Assembly: GCA_044236265.1 (NCBI GenBank) | Contig: JBIIGV010000062.1 | Coordinates: forward strand, 1 to 17,744 | Direction of reading: 5' to 3' | DNA: 17,744 bases | DNA from: Oligoflexales bacterium | Lineage (GTDB): Bacteria > Bdellovibrionota_B > Oligoflexia > Oligoflexales > RGVZ01 | Part shown: positions 15,393 through 17,744 of the stretch, piece by piece | Layout: each line of letters starts with the position of its first letter | How positions within the stretch are numbered: the stretch's first letter is position 1 | The notes under the pieces: model-generated | What the model was told of the DNA's origin: nothing | Databases searched by the model: none | Seen by the model: the letters and a program-made list of their open reading frames with translations, nothing else | Position numbers and translations under genes: made by a program

Positions 15393-17102
15393 ATGAAATC
15401 GTCCACAAAAAAGGTTTTTATAACAGCTGGTAGCAGCATTTGCCTCTCTATTGGCACGTTTAATAGCGCCCTTGCAAACGACACAAAAAAGTCTCTGCAG
15501 GTCGTTAAACCAGTTCAAATACAAGTTCAAGGAGATGTCACTCCCACCTCTTCCAACGATCTGACACCTGACACGAAGAAAAGCACCCAAACTCAGAAAG
15601 TGAAATCTAAAAATTGGGATTCATTCGTTGAACTACGTAGAAAATATCGATCTGGGGAAATCACAGAGCGCCAAGCCTGGAAAGCGATCGTGAAACTTGA
15701 AGGTGATCTGAAATCATTAACAAAAACACAACAGGCTGCTGTTCTTCAGACGCAGGCCACGCTGCTCAATAAGGCTAATCAACCAGTTTTAGCGTCACTT
15801 TATGCGGCACAAGCTTTAAGAGGGGCAGATGATTCAACTGATGACGACTATAGACGTAGCTGGCAGATACTTCGCGATGTATCCCGCGAGTACCCACTTC
15901 AAAACCTTTTAGAGATTGTGGCAACAAGCGTTGATATTGGAGAAAAAAAAGCTCCAGGTTTTGGAAGCGACTGGAACTACTTCCTGGGTAACGCTATGAT
16001 CAAGGCAGGAAAGGCTGAGAAGGCCCTTACTCACTACACAATGGTTTCCCCGGGTGACAGGTACTACTTCCCCGCCAAATTCCAGGAAGCCATGATTCAC
16101 CTTGATGCCGGCAAAAAACTTGATGCCATCGCAGCCTTAAAGGCAATCGCTTATCCCGCGAATGGACCTGGCAAAAAAATTAAGACAGGGGAATATGAAG
16201 CCATCAAAGATCACGCAAATATGGCTTTGGGTCGCATTTATTACGAGGAAAGAAAGTTCCGGGACTCCATCAAGCACTTCAGGCTTGTGCGTAGGACAGG
16301 TCCGCAATTCTACGACTCACTCTTCGAACAAAGCTGGGCGCTTTTCCTTGCTGGATATCCGAATCACGCTCTGGGCATGATCCACGGCGTCCGTAGCCCT
16401 TTCTTCAAAGACACCTTTAATCCAGAAGCAACAATGCTCGCATCAATCATTTACTACTGGATGTGTCGCTACGACGACTCGCGGGCGGAGCTCGCTGATT
16501 TTATGACGAAGCATCAGAAATCTATTGATGCTTTAGACCGTTATCTCAATAAGGGCATCAAGGATCCAAAGTCCTATTACCAGCTATTTGAAGACACGGT
16601 CACCGGTGTGTCATCTGACTCCCTGGGAATACCTCGAGATGTTTTAGTAATGGCCACGCAGCAAGACAATCTACTTTACGTCCGTGATCAATATGCAACC
16701 GTCGTAAAGGAATTACAGAAGCTTGATGCTCAAGGTATCTTTGGGGACAAGAGCGAAGCCGACGGAGCTCGAGTGCTCCTGGAGAAATGGGCTGCAGTTT
16801 TAAAAGATGATATCGGAATCAGACTGCACAACGAGCTCAAGGCCATGAAACTCGACTATGAGCGTTTGTACGATCAGGGACAGTTTCTTTACGTCGAGCT
16901 TCTCATGAGTAAAAAGGACCAACTACTCGGCAAAGAACTTCACAGCTCAACAAAAATAAGCACAGTTTCGCAGGTTGATAACATCAAAGGCTGGGGACGA
17001 AAAACCCAATCGTGGGCGGGAGATGACAAAAACGAATATTGGGCCGATGAATTAGGGTTTCATATCTATCGATTGAAACCAATGTGTGTTTCTTCAAACT
17101 AA
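15393..17102 (+). CDS. Exported TPR protein, GltC-like gliding-motility protein
   Basis: Signal peptide; TPR helices (ANMALGRIYYE, SLFEQSWALF); SPFF..FNPEA..L..IIYYWMCRY; C-terminal EYWADELGFH...C resembling the GltC C-terminus. Confidence 0.75.
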   Translation: MKSSTKKVFITAGSSICLSIGTFNSALANDTKKSLQVVKPVQIQVQGDVTPTSSNDLTPDTKKSTQTQKVKSKNWDSFVELRRKYRSGEITERQAWKAIVKLEGDLKSLTKTQQAAVLQTQATLLNKANQPVLASLYAAQALRGADDSTDDDYRRSWQILRDVSREYPLQNLLEIVATSVDIGEKKAPGFGSDWNYFLGNAMIKAGKAEKALTHYTMVSPGDRYYFPAKFQEAMIHLDAGKKLDAIAALKAIAYPANGPGKKIKTGEYEAIKDHANMALGRIYYEERKFRDSIKHFRLVRRTGPQFYDSLFEQSWALFLAGYPNHALGMIHGVRSPFFKDTFNPEATMLASIIYYWMCRYDDSRAELADFMTKHQKSIDALDRYLNKGIKDPKSYYQLFEDTVTGVSSDSLGIPRDVLVMATQQDNLLYVRDQYATVVKELQKLDAQGIFGDKSEADGARVLLEKWAAVLKDDIGIRLHNELKAMKLDYERLYDQGQFLYVELLMSKKDQLLGKELHSSTKISTVSQVDNIKGWGRKTQSWAGDDKNEYWADELGFHIYRLKPMCVSSN

Positions 17103-17145
17103 CACTATTTGCATTTAATTTGCGCGATTTTAGAGGGAGATCCAA

Positions 17146-17744
17146 ATGATTAGAGGAAAAAACAAGGGACGCATCAGTTTTGTGCTCGCACTTATGCTAT
17201 GTGGAATTTCCCCTCAAGCGTTTGGCGGGAGCGCAAATCGAGCCATAGAGGCAAAAAATCACAAAAGTGCAGCACCAACAAAAGAGGATAGTGCCGACTA
17301 TTTTGCAGAAGCCCGAGCTGGCGTCACGGCCGAAGCAGCTCGTCAAGCCGATGAACTTCGTCTCAAGACCATGAGCAGCATTAAGTCCCTTTTAGAAAAT
17401 AAGAAGAATGCTCGTCAGGAGTTTGAACTTACGCTACGACTGGGCGAGCTTCATGTTGAGCGCGCTGACTACCTGCGGGACCTTGAAATTCAGACATACG
17501 TGAAGGAGTATGAACGCTGGGAGATCGCTGACCCAAAAAGTAGAAGCGAAAAGCCACCAACTGCTATCTATAAAAACTCTGAAGCGAGTCTCTACAATGC
17601 TACTCAGGTATTCCGTAAACTTGCCAATAAGTTTCCAAAACATCCGCGGACGGACATCGTGTTGTATGCACTGGGAAACACCCTTGGTCGACTGAACGAC
17701 GACAACGCGGTGAACTACTACAAACAAATGATCAAGAGTCACCC
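17146..17744 (+). CDS. Exported TPR protein, GltD/AgmU-like, partial (runs off the window)
   Basis: Not in the ORF track. GAGGGAG SD, ATG at 17146, open to the window end: MIRGKNKGRISFVLALMLCGISPQAFG...EFELTLRLGELHVE...FRKLANKFPKHPRTDIVLYALG...AVNYYKQMIKSH. Confidence 0.8.
   Translation, partial: MIRGKNKGRISFVLALMLCGISPQAFGGSANRAIEAKNHKSAAPTKEDSADYFAEARAGVTAEAARQADELRLKTMSSIKSLLENKKNARQEFELTLRLGELHVERADYLRDLEIQTYVKEYERWEIADPKSRSEKPPTAIYKNSEASLYNATQVFRKLANKFPKHPRTDIVLYALGNTLGRLNDDNAVNYYKQMIKSH

Noticed and set aside
17434..17742. Track ORFs 17434-17742(-) and 17510-17695(+)
   Set aside because: Both overlap the real TPR CDS that starts at 17146.
1..17744. CRISPR arrays, tRNA/rRNA, IS, prophage or defence genes
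   Set aside because: No regularly spaced repeats, cloverleafs, or transposase, integrase or nuclease motifs were seen by eye.

Overview
This is a gene-dense chromosomal window with no phage, IS, CRISPR, rRNA or tRNA. Its gene content (Glt gliding genes, GspC, FliG, secreted S8 protease, MltD-type transglycosylase) suggests a Bdellovibrionota/Oligoflexia-type organism; that assignment is an inference. Left to right it contains: partial gspC and aroK (minus-strand operon); a lytic transglycosylase preceded by a near-consensus sigma54 promoter and a palindromic enhancer candidate; a stand-alone intact fliG; a hypothetical membrane-anchored protein with a TonB-like SxxxH helix; lgt; a subtilase with no N-terminal propeptide; a LonC-like protease with a Lys-rich N-terminus, downstream of a HAMP-only membrane protein; an unlisted 35-aa Arg/Lys-rich ORF with its own sigma70 promoter, structured leader and terminators; a hypothetical protein; an MFS transporter; a CPBP intramembrane protease; and the start of a Glt-like operon (beta-barrel, GltC-like, partial GltD/AgmU-like). 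Three CDSs were missing from the ORF track and were translated by hand: gspC, the 35-aa ORF and the last TPR gene. All family calls come from motif recognition, not database searches.
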